64,000 nt of DNA. It comes from Antechinus flavipes. Its lineage: Eukaryota. The stretch is from assembly GCF_016432865.1 (NCBI RefSeq), contig NC_067399.1, forward strand, positions 1,674,001 to 1,738,000. The letters are read 5' to 3'. The position numbers were made by a program, and so were the translations under genes. Shown here in pieces: positions 20,745 through 31,219 of the stretch. Positions within the stretch are counted from its first letter, which is position 1, and every line of letters starts with the position of its first letter. The notes under the pieces were generated by a model. That model did no database searches, was not told the origin of the DNA, and saw only the letters and a program-made list of their open reading frames with translations.

Positions 20745-22285
20745 CTCCCAAAGGCCGGAGTGTCTGTCTCTCCCTCCCTTCTTCTCTCTCTGTCTCTCTG
20801 TCTCTTCCCTTCCTCCTCCTCCTTTTTCTCTCTCCCTCCCCCCTCCTCTTGTCTTCTTTCTCTTTTTCATCTCTTCTCTTGTCTTTTTCTGCCTCTCAGA
20901 ATTTCTCTTTTTCTCACCCTCTGTCTCTTTCTCTTGTTTTCTCTGTATCTCCGTCTCTCTCTCTGTATCTGTCTCTTTCTCTATCTTTTTCTGTATCTCT
21001 CTTTTTCTCTGTATCTCTCCCTGCCTCTTTTTCTCTGGATCTCTCTGTGTCTCTTTGTCTGTCTCTCTTTTTCTCTGCATCTTTCCCTCTGTCTCTTTTT
21101 CTCTGGATCTTTCCCTCTGTCTCTTTTTCTCTGGATCTTTCCCTCTGTCTCTTTTTCTCTGGATCTTTCCCTCTGTCTCTTTTTCTCTGATCTTTCCCTC
21201 TGTCTCTTTTTCTCTGGATCTTTCCCTCTGTCTCTTTTTCTCTGGATCTCTCTGTGTCTCTTTGTCTGTCTCTCTTTTTCTCTGCATCTTTCCCTCTGTC
21301 TCTTTTTCTCTGGATCTTTCCCTCTGTCTCTTTTTCTCTGGATCTTTCCCTCTGTCTCTTTTTCTCTGATCTTTCCCTCTATCTCTTTTTCTCTGATCTT
21401 TCCCTCTGTCTCTTTTTCTCTGGATCTTTCCCTCTGTCTCTTTTTCTCTGGATCTTTCCCTCTGTCTCTTTTTATCTGTATCTTTCCCTCTGTCTCTTTT
21501 TCTCTGGATCTTTCCCTCTGTCTCTTTTTCTCTGATCTTTCCCTCTGTCTCTTTTTCTCTGGATCTTTCCCTCTGTCTCTTTTTCTCTGGATCTTTCCCT
21601 CTGTCTCTTTTTCTCTGGATCTCTCTGTGTCTCTTTGTCTGTCTCTCTTTTTCTCTGGATCTTTCCCTCTGTCTCTTTTTCTCTGGATCTTTCCCTTTGT
21701 CTCTTTTTCTCTGGATCTCTCTGTGTCTCTTTGTCTCTCTTTTTCTCTGTATCTTTCCCTCTGTCTCTTTTTCTCTGGATTTTTCCCTCTGTCTCGTTTT
21801 CTCTGGATCTCTCTGTGTCTCTTTGTCTCTCTTTTTCTCTGTATCTTTCCCTCTGTCTCTTTTTCTCTGTATCTTTCCCTCTGTCTCTTTTTTCTCTCTC
21901 TCTCTCTGCATCTGTCTCTTTCTCTCTTTGTCTTTTTCTCTCTTTTTCTGTATCTCTCTTTTTCTCTGTATCTTTCCCTGCCTCTTTTTCTCTGTATCTC
22001 TCTGTGTCTCTTTGTCTGTCTCTCTTTTTCTCTGGATCTCTCTGTGTCTTTTTCTCTCTGTCTTTCTCTCTTCATGTGTCTCTTTCTCTCTATCTCTATA
22101 AGTCTCTGTATCTCTTTCTTTCTCTGCGTGTCTTTCTCTCTTTTTCTCTGTAACTCTCTGTGTCTGTCTTTTTTTCTCTGTTATTGCTTTCTCTCTTTCT
22201 CTTTGTCTCTCTTTTTCTCTATATCCCTGTCTCTCTGTATCTCTTTCTGTCTCTTTCTCTTTTTCTCTGTATTTCTCTCTCTCCC
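20745..22285 (+). repeat. 1.5-kb pyrimidine tract with a core 28-bp array (ctggatctttccctctgtctctttttct)
   Basis: Read directly; period 28 from 21131 to 21159. Confidence 0.95.
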
Positions 22286-22324
22286 TTCAACCCCCCCCCC
22301 CCACACACACACACATACACACAC

Positions 22325-23070
22325 ATCACCAACTGCTTGTTGGACAAGTGGATTTGTCTTATAGACATCTCAAACTAAGTCTAAAGTAGAATTAACTGTC
22401 TTTTTCTGGAAACTCAGCCCTCCTCCAGCTTCTCCACTGCTATGGAGGCGTATCATCCTTCCAGTGACACAAGACAGTGAGAATGTTGGCCTTGACTTCC
22501 CCTCCTCCCTTTGCCCTTCCAGCTGCTCTAAGGCCAAGTCTTGTCAGTTCCATCTCAAACTTCTCTCCCATCCATCCTCTCCTCTCCCTCACACAGCTTC
22601 TGCCCTAGCTCAGGTCCCATCCCTTCTCACCTGGAATATGGCCGGGGCCTCCAGTGTCTCTCTTTTCCAATCCCATTAACCTTCCTAAGGAGCTGTTCTC
22701 AACATCTTCCTCCCTCACCCGGAAAGCCACTCCCTTTCCGTCACCCTCAGACTCTCCACAGAGCACTCCTGCCTTACACAGTCTGGAAGTCTGGGAGACT
22801 TCATTGCTCTACTAATCATCTGCTTCTCATTCTCTGGGCCCACACCCACTGTCTCCAGCTCACACTCATTGCCTCCAGTTCACACTCATTGCCTCCAGTT
22901 CACACTCATTGTCTCCAGTTCACACTCATTGTCTCCAGTTTACACTCACTGTCTCCAGCTCACACCCACTGGTGTGACTGTATTCCACCTAGTGACTGTA
23001 AGCTCCCTGAGGGCAGGAACTGAGGGCCCCCTCCCCACCCTCTCCCCATCTGGCACTTAAGCAATGTTGC
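22325..23070 (+). mobile_element. LINE-2 3' fragment
   Basis: accaactgcttgttggacaagtggatttgtc...catctcaaact and the terminal gtgactgtaagctccctgagggcagg pattern. Confidence 0.65.
22841..22970 (+). repeat. 20-bp tandem repeat (cacactcattgtctccagtt), about 6.5 copies, inside an L2 relic
   Basis: Read directly. Confidence 0.9.
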
Positions 23071-24859
23071 CTACTGTCCCCAGGTGTCCCAGGAAGCAGA
23101 AGCTGCCAAGGACAGAGGCGCTGCCCATTTGCCACTCTCCTGGGGATTCCACTAGAAATGCTTGACCAAGAGTGAAAGCTGAGATTGAGCCCATCCCCAC
23201 AGATCAGTGGGAGGGGAAGGGGCCCATGCAGGGCCGGCCCAGAAGTCCATCTGCCCTTAACGTTGGTGCCAAGCTAGGCCGCCTGGACTGTGATCACTGC
23301 CAGCTTGTCTGTGACCATTCCTCTTGGGAAGAGGGCGAGAGCTGGAAGGTATGTGGAGGGAGCCAGCCGCCACTCGAGGGGGTTAATGTTTAACTCCACT
23401 GGCCTTGTGGAGGGGACCATGGGGACTGTCCCGGCCCTCCTCCCACCCCCGCTTTGGGGCCCTACCAAGCACAGACTGCCAAGCCCTCTTCTCCAGGAGT
23501 GGGGCTCGGTCACCCTGTTGCACATTCTGCCCCAGACACACTCCTGGGGCTACTTGTGGCCCCATCATGGTCCGGCCGCGCCTGTGTGGGCTGCTCCTGA
23601 CCCCTCCATTCTCCTGGGGCTGCTTCTTGGGTGACTGAGAAGGGCTCAAGGGTCTGAATTTGGCCCCTGACTCCTGGCCAGGTGGCCCCAGGCAAGGGAC
23701 TCCCTGAAAAGGGTGGGGGCACTGAGCTGGAAACCAAGCTCAGGGAGAAGCCCTGATAGCAAAGTTAGGGAGCTCTGTTTCAAGATGGAGACAGAGCTCC
23801 TAAGTGCCAGGAAACCTTCCGGGGGAGGAAGCCCCATGGCCCAGCTTTAGGGGCAGCGGGGAGTCTCTGAGATAAAGGGGGAAGGGAGACCTGCTTTGCT
23901 CCTCCCAGCGGCCCTCCCCCCACTTCCATTTCATTAAAAAAAGTCCCAGGCTCCCGGGGAAGGGGTGACTGAACCCAGTCCACGTGCGAGGGTCCCAACC
24001 CCGGGGCGCAACCCCGAAAAGCGGAAGGCACAGGAAGGGGAGGGAGCGCATGGGACACAGAGAAGAGTGGACCAAGGAGGGGGGGTGGCGCTAGCCGAGG
24101 GCTCGGGGCTGCAGCCCAGCCGGAGCAGGGGTACAGTCTGTGAGACTCACGAAGCCTTCACACCTCCGGCGGGGGCGGCGGCTGCCTGCCCGAAGGCCGG
24201 GGGAGAGGGGGGCTCCGTCCTGCCACTTGCTCTCCCTAGCGCCAGGCCGACCGGGCCGCCCTCCCACCCCCACCCTGAGGTGGCCGCTGGGCTGTTCACG
24301 TCCCCGCCACGGGCTCCCGCCTGCTTTCCAGCGCTGCGCCCCAAGGTTGGGACTGGGTTCGGTCACCCCTTCCCCGGGAACCTGGGACTTCTTTAATGAG
24401 AGGGAAGGAGCGGAGGGCCACCGGGCGAGCCAAGCAAGCTCCCTTCCCCCTTTGTCTCAGCCCCCGCGCTGCCCTCAAAGCTGGCCCCGGGAAGCCCGTG
24501 AGACGATGAGGCTCTCGGTGAGACAGTGAGAGGGCGGGGGCGGGAGAAGGGCGGGAGAAGGGCTGGGACGCAGAAACGCGGCCCTGGCCCTCCGGGCATC
24601 AGAGGGAGAAGGGAAGGGCGGCTGTCCGCAGAGGGGAGCAAACTCGGAGCAGGAGCCTGCGGGGCAGAGCGAAGGGCCCTCTGGGGGCCGGGTGGCCCAG
24701 GGGAGACTTCCAGCAGCGGGGAGCGAGGGAGGGAGGGAGAATGGCCGGGGGTGGGGGACGCAGAGAGAGAGGGGAGCGGAGACCGAGAGAAAGGACCAGG
24801 ACAGCCTTGGAAACAGGCAGGAAGCCGGCAGGACCTGAAGGAAGACCAGGACTCACTCA

Positions 24860-24869
24860 TTCTCTCTCT

Positions 24870-24945
<76 letters not shown>

Positions 24946-25150
24946 TCCTCCTCCCTCCCCTCGCCCCCTCCCCCCCAGGTCTATCTCTGCTTCTCTTTGT
25001 CGCTTTCTCTCTGGCTCTATCTTTGTCTCTGTTTCCATCTCTGTTCCTGTCTTTCTGTCTGTCTCTGTCTCTGACTTTCTCCATCTCTCTGTGTCTCCTT
25101 CAGTCTCTCTGTCTCTGTCTCCATCTCTGTCTTTCTGTCTCTGTCTTTAT
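24860..25150 (+). repeat. (CT)n microsatellite plus CTGT/CT low-complexity tract
   Basis: Read directly. Confidence 0.9.
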
Positions 25151-25506
25151 CTCTGGGGGTGATGATCATTGTCCAAAGTCACAGATGCCCCAACCAGGAG
25201 GAGAGTTGGGAAGGCAGCCCAACAGAGGATGAACAGAGGAACAGAGATGAGCCTGGGCCAGGAGGAGCCCAGCGAGGCAAGGCCAGAGGTACTTCCAGTG
25301 TGAGGGAGCTCCCCGGGAGGAGATTTCTGGGATGGGGAAGAAAAGTGTCCTTCAGGCCATTCAGAGCCCTGCATCCAAAAAGCCCCCCCTCCCCCCTCCT
25401 CCCCAGCTTCCCCCACAGTTTGAGTGTGTTGAACAATTCAAATTGTGGCTGGGGCAGTGTGGGCTAAGGAGAAGAACCCCAAAGTTAGAGTTAAAGGTGG
25501 GATCTG

Positions 25507-25510
<4 letters not shown>

Positions 25511-25574
<64 letters not shown>

Positions 25575-25590
25575 CAGAGAGAGACACACA
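25511..25590 (+). repeat. Compound microsatellite (GT)n(GA)n(GACAGA)n
   Basis: Read directly. Confidence 0.9.
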
Positions 25591-27399
25591 GTGAGCAGGC
25601 TCTGCAGTCAGGGGATAATCTGGGGGGAGCTGGAGGCACTGGCTCCCCTTGTCCTCCAGGCTGGGTGAGCCCCTCTGCCTCCAGGACTCCACAAGGGTTT
25701 TCTTGTGACTTCGAGCCTCCGCAGTGCAAGGGGCCTGGAGCGTGGCAGGCTAGTGTCTGAGCCTCCCTCCCCCCAGCTCTCTGGAGTTGGGGAGAAATGA
25801 ATTCTAGGTGATGGGGGGAGTGTGAGGGGGCCAATTCCCCCAGTGCTCCATCCTGGGAGTGCCAAGGGCCCCCCCATAGAACATTCATGGTGCTGGGTCT
25901 GAGCCCCACGGCTTCTGGGAGCCCCCTCCCCCAGCAGGCCCCTCACACTGTGGCTCTGGACATGAGGGCAGGAGTGACTAGAGGTCCCTGGCTGTGTCAG
26001 GGGCGGTTGGACGGAGACCACGTCCTGCCCCCACTTCTGTTTCTCCCCTTGGGCTTTGGCACGGAAGGTAATCTGCCACAGTGACCGCTGCCAGGAGGGC
26101 CCCGGGAACAGGTCTGAGTACACGGGGACTGGAGAGGCGCCGGACTCAGCAGCTCCACCAAGTGCTTCATGTTCTCAATGGTCAAGTGTTTGCTTTCCAG
26201 GAGAGCATCATGGGAGCCGCGGCCTCGCGTTTGAAGCCCTTGTCTGCATTCTTGGAAACCGTTTGTATTCTAGGTGTAACTGGGCTCATCCAGAGTCTGC
26301 TGGGCCGGGGCCTGGGGGGCAACCTCGGGAGTTCCCCGTGGGGAGGGGCCCACGGACTGGTTAACAGCCAGTCAGAGACAGAGACTGTGGTTAAGAAATG
26401 AGGAACTGTCCCCGCCCCATCTCCTCTCCAGAAGGAAGAAACCCTGGGAGCTTTTAGGGATGGGAGAAGTGCTCCCTTTTTTTGTTCTAATCGGCACTGA
26501 GCCACTTGACAGAATCCCAGCCCATGCTGGCGAAAGGCCCCAGAGCTGCAGAGTTCGCCCACTGGCTAAGAGCCCCTACCCTCATTTTGCCTTGTGATGG
26601 CCGGGAGGTCCCCCCAAAACAACTTTGTCTGGTAGGGGCGGGACCCTCTCAGGACCCCTTGGGGCGCCAGCATTTCCTCTGTCCCACCTAAGGAGAAGCC
26701 GGTCCACCTCACGTGGTGGTGGCGTTCCACCCAACCTGGGACCCTGCTGACGGGGACGGGCTTCTTCCGCGGGCGGTTCTACATTTGGTCTAGCTGTTCT
26801 GGAAGGGCCGAGCCCTATAAAAATGGGGCCCTGGAAGGGGGAGGAAGGTTAGAGGGGGCCAGGGACTCTTGGGTGAAGGGCCCTTGGCTCGGACCTCTGC
26901 CCCAGGCTCTCACTCTAGTGGGATAAGTTTAATTTCCATGGGGGGAGGGGCAACACGGACACTGGAGACGCTAAGTTTTAGATATTTTTCCGCAGTTCCA
27001 CTCTGGGCTCAAGAAAAGTTCCCGAAAAGCCTCCGGCCCCCATTCTGATCTCATGTGCTTATCCACCCCCAGCTGGGTCCCTCTCGGTGGGATCTGAAAC
27101 TCCTTGTTCTCCAAGGAATGAGGGTTTGTAGGAGAGATTTTCTCTCTCTCTTTTTTTTAATTAAAGCTGCTGATTTTCACAACATCTTCATGGATAATTT
27201 TTCAGCACTGACCCTTGCAAAACCCGGTCCAACTTCCGAGAAGGCAGATAGTCCGATATGTTAAACATGTTTTAATCTATGGTAAGTCCGATGTATGTGA
27301 ACATCCATCCAACAGCCTCGCTGCAGAAGAAAAATCTGATCAAAAAGGAAAAAAGACGAGTAAGAAAACCAAAGGCCGGTGAACAAGGACAGAGAGAGG

Positions 27400-28600
27400 A
27401 GAAAGCTGCGCCGCGGCCACGTTCCGTTCCCACAGGCCTCTGGGAGAGAGGTTTTTCTCAGGAAGGATGAAGAAGAACCGCGGCAACGATTGCAACAAGG
27501 CAGGTCTGTGCGGCTCCGGACACGGCCGGGATGTGCCGGGACCCGGGCTCGGATCGGGGCCAGGCCGTCCCTTCGGGCACAAGGGACAGAACAGGCTGGG
27601 CCAAGAATAGAGACGCGGGGGCCGCTGCCAGTCCAAGGGCAGTGGGGTCCAAAGGCCGGAGGCAGGGGTGGGAGTGAGAGGCCGCGGGGGAGGAGTGTCT
27701 GAGCGCTGGGCCGGGACCGGCTCACGGGGGGGAACGGCGGCCCCTGACGTCACAGGGCGCTGTCCAGAGTTGGCTGGAAGTTGGGAGGGAGGCCGGAGCG
27801 CCCTGTTCTCTCTTTCTGAGCCCCGAAGCCTGTGGGACCGACACCAGGAAGAGCCGGACGGCTGGGGACCCCCGGGGCCTCTCCCACGCTCCGAGCCTCC
27901 CCACGTCCGAACAAACTGTTCTCCGCCCACCAGGGACGTCTTCCCGTGATAGACCAGGGACTGGGCTGGGGGGGAAGGGAGGGGAAAGGGGGGCTCCCCA
28001 CCTAAGAAGGGTCATCGCCTGAAATTTCATCCAAAGGGCTTGAACCCGAAAAGGAGGAGAGGGACAAAAAAGGCCGACGTGGAGGCACCCGCAGGCCGCC
28101 CCAGTGAGGAAAGGAGATCGGCGAGGGCCCCGTGAGGCCCCTGAGCCCTTGGTTTAAGAAAAGTCAGGGGCCGAGAGCCCGAGCTGTTCCAACAATCCAG
28201 GCGGGAGGCAGGGCAAGACCAGCGAGAGAACCTCCCCCGGGAGCGGGACCCCCCAGGGGCGCCGTCGTCGCTGCGGAATGGAAGCCGCGAGCCACCGAGG
28301 GCTCTCTGCTCCCGGAGAACAGGCCCGCGAGCCGGCTCCAGCCTAGCTTTCCTCATGCTGCAGCCCGGGAGGGGAGGGGGCTCCGAAGGAGAGCCTGGGA
28401 GGGGAGAGGCGGGGCACAGACGGCCCGCGGGAGGGTCTGCAGAGCCGTGTGCTGGCCTGGGCGCTCCCACCAGCGCCACAGCGAGAAACGGCAGCGCGCG
28501 TCGGACGGGCCGAGGAGGACCCTGGAGCTGCCGCGGGACGAGACCCGGCCCCGGGGCCTGCTGCCGAGAGCCCCGCTCCGGGGCGCCCACAGAGCCTGGC
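27400..28600. promoter_or_regulatory. CpG-rich segment with a full CRE palindrome TGACGTCA (27745-27752)
   Basis: CpG density and motif visible; target gene unknown. Confidence 0.4.
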
Positions 28601-28777
28601 CCCCAAGGGGACTTATGGAGAGCTCACCCACGGCAGGCGCTCCCAGGGCGGCCAGGAAAGGGACCCAGGGACGCTCGAGGTCCAGGACCACCTGGCCTGG
28701 CGTGTCCCCCTCAGAGAAGGGGCTGGACACTGGGAGCAAAGAGAGGAGGTAGCCCAAAAGAACCGCCAGACGGGCCC

Positions 28778-29301
28778 CTCCCCCACCTGGCAGCCCCCCT
28801 CCCCCACCTGGCAGCCCCCCCCCCCCCCTGGCAGCCCCCCCCCCCCGCCTGGCAGCCCCCCTCCCCCGCCTGGCAGCCCCCCTCCCTTCTGGCAGCCCCC
28901 CTCCCCCACCTGGCAGCCCCCCTCCCTTCTGGCAGCCCCCCTCCCCCACCTGGCAGCCCCCCTCCCTTCTGGCAGCCCCTCTCCCCCCACCTGGCAGCCC
29001 CCCTCCCCCACCTGGCAGCCCCCCTCCCCCACCTGGCAGCCCCCCTCCCTTCTGGCAGCCCCTCTCCCCCCACCTGGCAGCCCCCCTCCCCCACCTGGCA
29101 GCCCCCCTCCCTTCTGGCAGCCCCCCTCCCCCACCTGGCAGCCCCCCTCCCCCACCTGGCAGCCCCCCTCCCCTCTAGCAGCCCCCCTCCCTTCTGGCAG
29201 CCCCCCTCCCCCACCTGGCAGCCCCCCTCCCTTCTGGCAGCCCCCCCCCCTTCTGGCAGCCCCCCTCCCCCACCTGGCAGCCCCTCTCCCCCCGCCTGGC
29301 A
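28778..29301 (+). repeat. About 19-22-bp C-rich minisatellite (cctggcagcccccctcccccca / ttctggcagcccccctccc)
   Basis: Read directly; lies about 500 bp upstream of the MRPL19 ATG. Confidence 0.95.
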
Positions 29302-29479
29302 GCGTCTCCGGCTCTCTGGGGGTCCCAGGGCGGGGTCGGCCCGCACCAGATGCTGCTCTTAGGTGACTCCCCGTTGGCCATTTGCAGCCTCTGTCCCCAT
29401 CAATCTAAAGGTCCTTCTCCGAGAGAGGAACAAAACAAAACAAAAGCAGAAGAGCTGCCTCCTCAGGTAGTGAGCTCCC

Positions 29480-29830
29480 CACCCAAACGGAGGCTCAAGG
29501 TGCGGGCCGGACCCGCAGCCACGCTCCCCTCAGCGGGACCCGAAGTGCGCGCTCGCAGGCTGCCTTCGGGCGGAGAACCCCCCGTTCCCCCTCCCCCGTT
29601 CCCCCTCCCCCGCCCCCCGCAGTGCCCTCCGATGGGGGGCGCTCGGCCGCAGGGACTACGCGGGACTGGGGCTCCGGCTTCTTGCGCAGCAGCGCCCCCA
29701 ACTGGCCGCTAACCCGATGGAGTTAGTCTGGCGCCGCCTTCGCGGAGAGCGGGATTTGGCCCTCGGAGGCCACCGTCCAACCAGTCACGTGCCGCGCTCT
29801 TCTTCCCAATCTAGGAAACATGGCGGCGCC
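29480..29830 (+). promoter_or_regulatory. MRPL19 CpG promoter with E-box GTCACGTG (29784-29791) and a YY1-type AACATGGCGGC overlapping the ATG
   Basis: Motifs read directly from the sequence; both are typical of nuclear-encoded mitochondrial housekeeping promoters. Confidence 0.7.
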
Positions 29831-31102
29831 CATGAGCTTGGCTGTCGCTCTCCGTCTCCGCCTCGGGGCCGCGCCCCGCGTGCCCGCCTACCGTAAGACC
29901 TAGGGGGGAGGGAAGTGGGGTCACCCGAGCCCCCCGACTGCCAGGGTCCTGCCCCGCCCCCCCCTCACGCAGGACCTTTGCCCCGCAGGCTCCCTCTCCA
30001 GCCCCGGGGGCTTCCAGCCCCCCCCCAAGCCGGTCATCGTGGAGAAGCAGCAGGAGCCGGAGCCGGAGCCGGAGCGCAGGTGAGGGGCGGCCGGGGTCCC
30101 CCAGCTGCGGGGTTAGAAAGCGGTCCTGCGGCCCAGCGCACCCACCGGCTTTGGCTTCCCCAGGTTCTTAAGCCCGGAGTTCATCCCTCCCCGGGGGCGC
30201 ACGAAGCCGCTCAAGTTCCAGCTGGAGCGCCAGGACATGCTGCGCCGGAGGAAGGTCCTCCCCATCCCCGAGTTCTACGTGGGTGCGTGGGGCGCGGGGG
30301 GAGGGGGGGGCGGAGGGGCGGGGGAGGGGCGGCCCTGACGCCTTCTCCTCCCCCGCAGGGAGCATCCTGGCGGTCACTTCGTCGGACCCTCACACCAAGG
30401 GCAAAACCAGCCGCTTCGTGGGCATTTGTATCCAGAGGTCGGGGAGCGGCCTGGGGGCCACCTTCGTGCTGCGCAACACCATCGAGGGCCAAGGTGGGCG
30501 GCTCCCAGCGGAGCCCTGTGGCGTGCCCCCGGGGCTCAGCGGGGGGGGGGGGGGGCGGGCCTTGGGGCTCCTGGGGGCCCCTCCCCCACCCTGACTGCTG
30601 CTCCTCCCCCCAAGGCGTGGAGATCTGCTTTGACCTGTACAGCCCCCGCATCCAGGAGATCCAGGTGCTGCGCCTGGAGAAGCGGCTGGACGACAACCTC
30701 ATGTACCTGCGGGACGCCCTGCCCGAGTACAGCACCTTCCCCCTGGACATGAAGCCCGAGACCCTGGACCCGGGCCAGGAGGTCCCTGTGAATAAGGTGG
30801 GGGCCGGGCCTGGGGAGGTCCTTGGGGGGCCACGGGGAGGGAGCCGGCCGGGCCCCCCTCACGCCGCCCTGTCCCCCCAGCTCCAAGTGCGCATGAAGCC
30901 CAGGCCGTGGTCCAAGCGCTGGGAGCGCCCCCAGTTCCGCATCCAGGGCATCCGCTTCGACCTGTGCCTGAGCCCGGAGCAGCTGCAGGAGGCGCAGAAG
31001 TGGGCCCGGCCCTGGGAAGAGTTCGACATGATGAGGGAGAACCGCACGGCCCGGCTGGAGGCCAAGATCTGGCAGGAAGTGGAGGCCGCCCGCAAGTCCT
31101 AG
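29820..31102 (+). CDS. MRPL19: MRPL19 mitochondrial ribosomal protein bL19m, 273 aa; exons 29820-29892, 29989-30079, 30164-30282, 30359-30493, 30615-30796, 30881-31102
   Basis: Spliced ORF of 822 nt, all introns GT-AG and phases consistent. Peptides [99 protein letters not shown] and PWSKRWERP match recalled MRPL19. The N-terminus is Arg-rich and acid-free, like a mitochondrial presequence. Confidence 0.98.
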
Positions 31103-31171
31103 GGCGCCCGCCCGGCTCTGGGGGCTCAGAGGCTTCTGGGGGGGGCTCAGGGAGCACGCACCGAGCTGTAC

Positions 31172-31185
31172 AATAAACATTTATT
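31172..31185. terminator. Bidirectional polyadenylation signal: AATAAA(+) 31172-31177 for MRPL19, AATAAA(-) 31185-31180 for GCFC2
   Basis: Sequence aataaacatttatt lies in the 117 nt between the two stop codons. I found no other hexamer nearby on either strand. Confidence 0.85.
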
Positions 31186-31219
31186 AAGCACCGACTGGCT
31201 ACAGGGACAGGGGTGGGGG

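Noticed and set aside
20631-22364. 577-aa Leu/Ser/Phe ORF and 425-aa Arg/Glu/Lys antisense ORF
   Set aside because: Translations of the CT-rich tandem array.
28355-29366. 300-335-aa Pro-rich ORFs resembling extensin or collagen-like proteins
   Set aside because: Translations of the C-rich minisatellite.
29973-29988. Alternative MRPL19 exon 2 acceptor at 29973
   Set aside because: Out of phase with exon 1 (phase 1 is needed); the acceptor at 29989 fits.
29915-31102. Single 395-aa ORF covering MRPL19
   Set aside because: Reads through introns; the true CDS is the six-exon 273-aa model.
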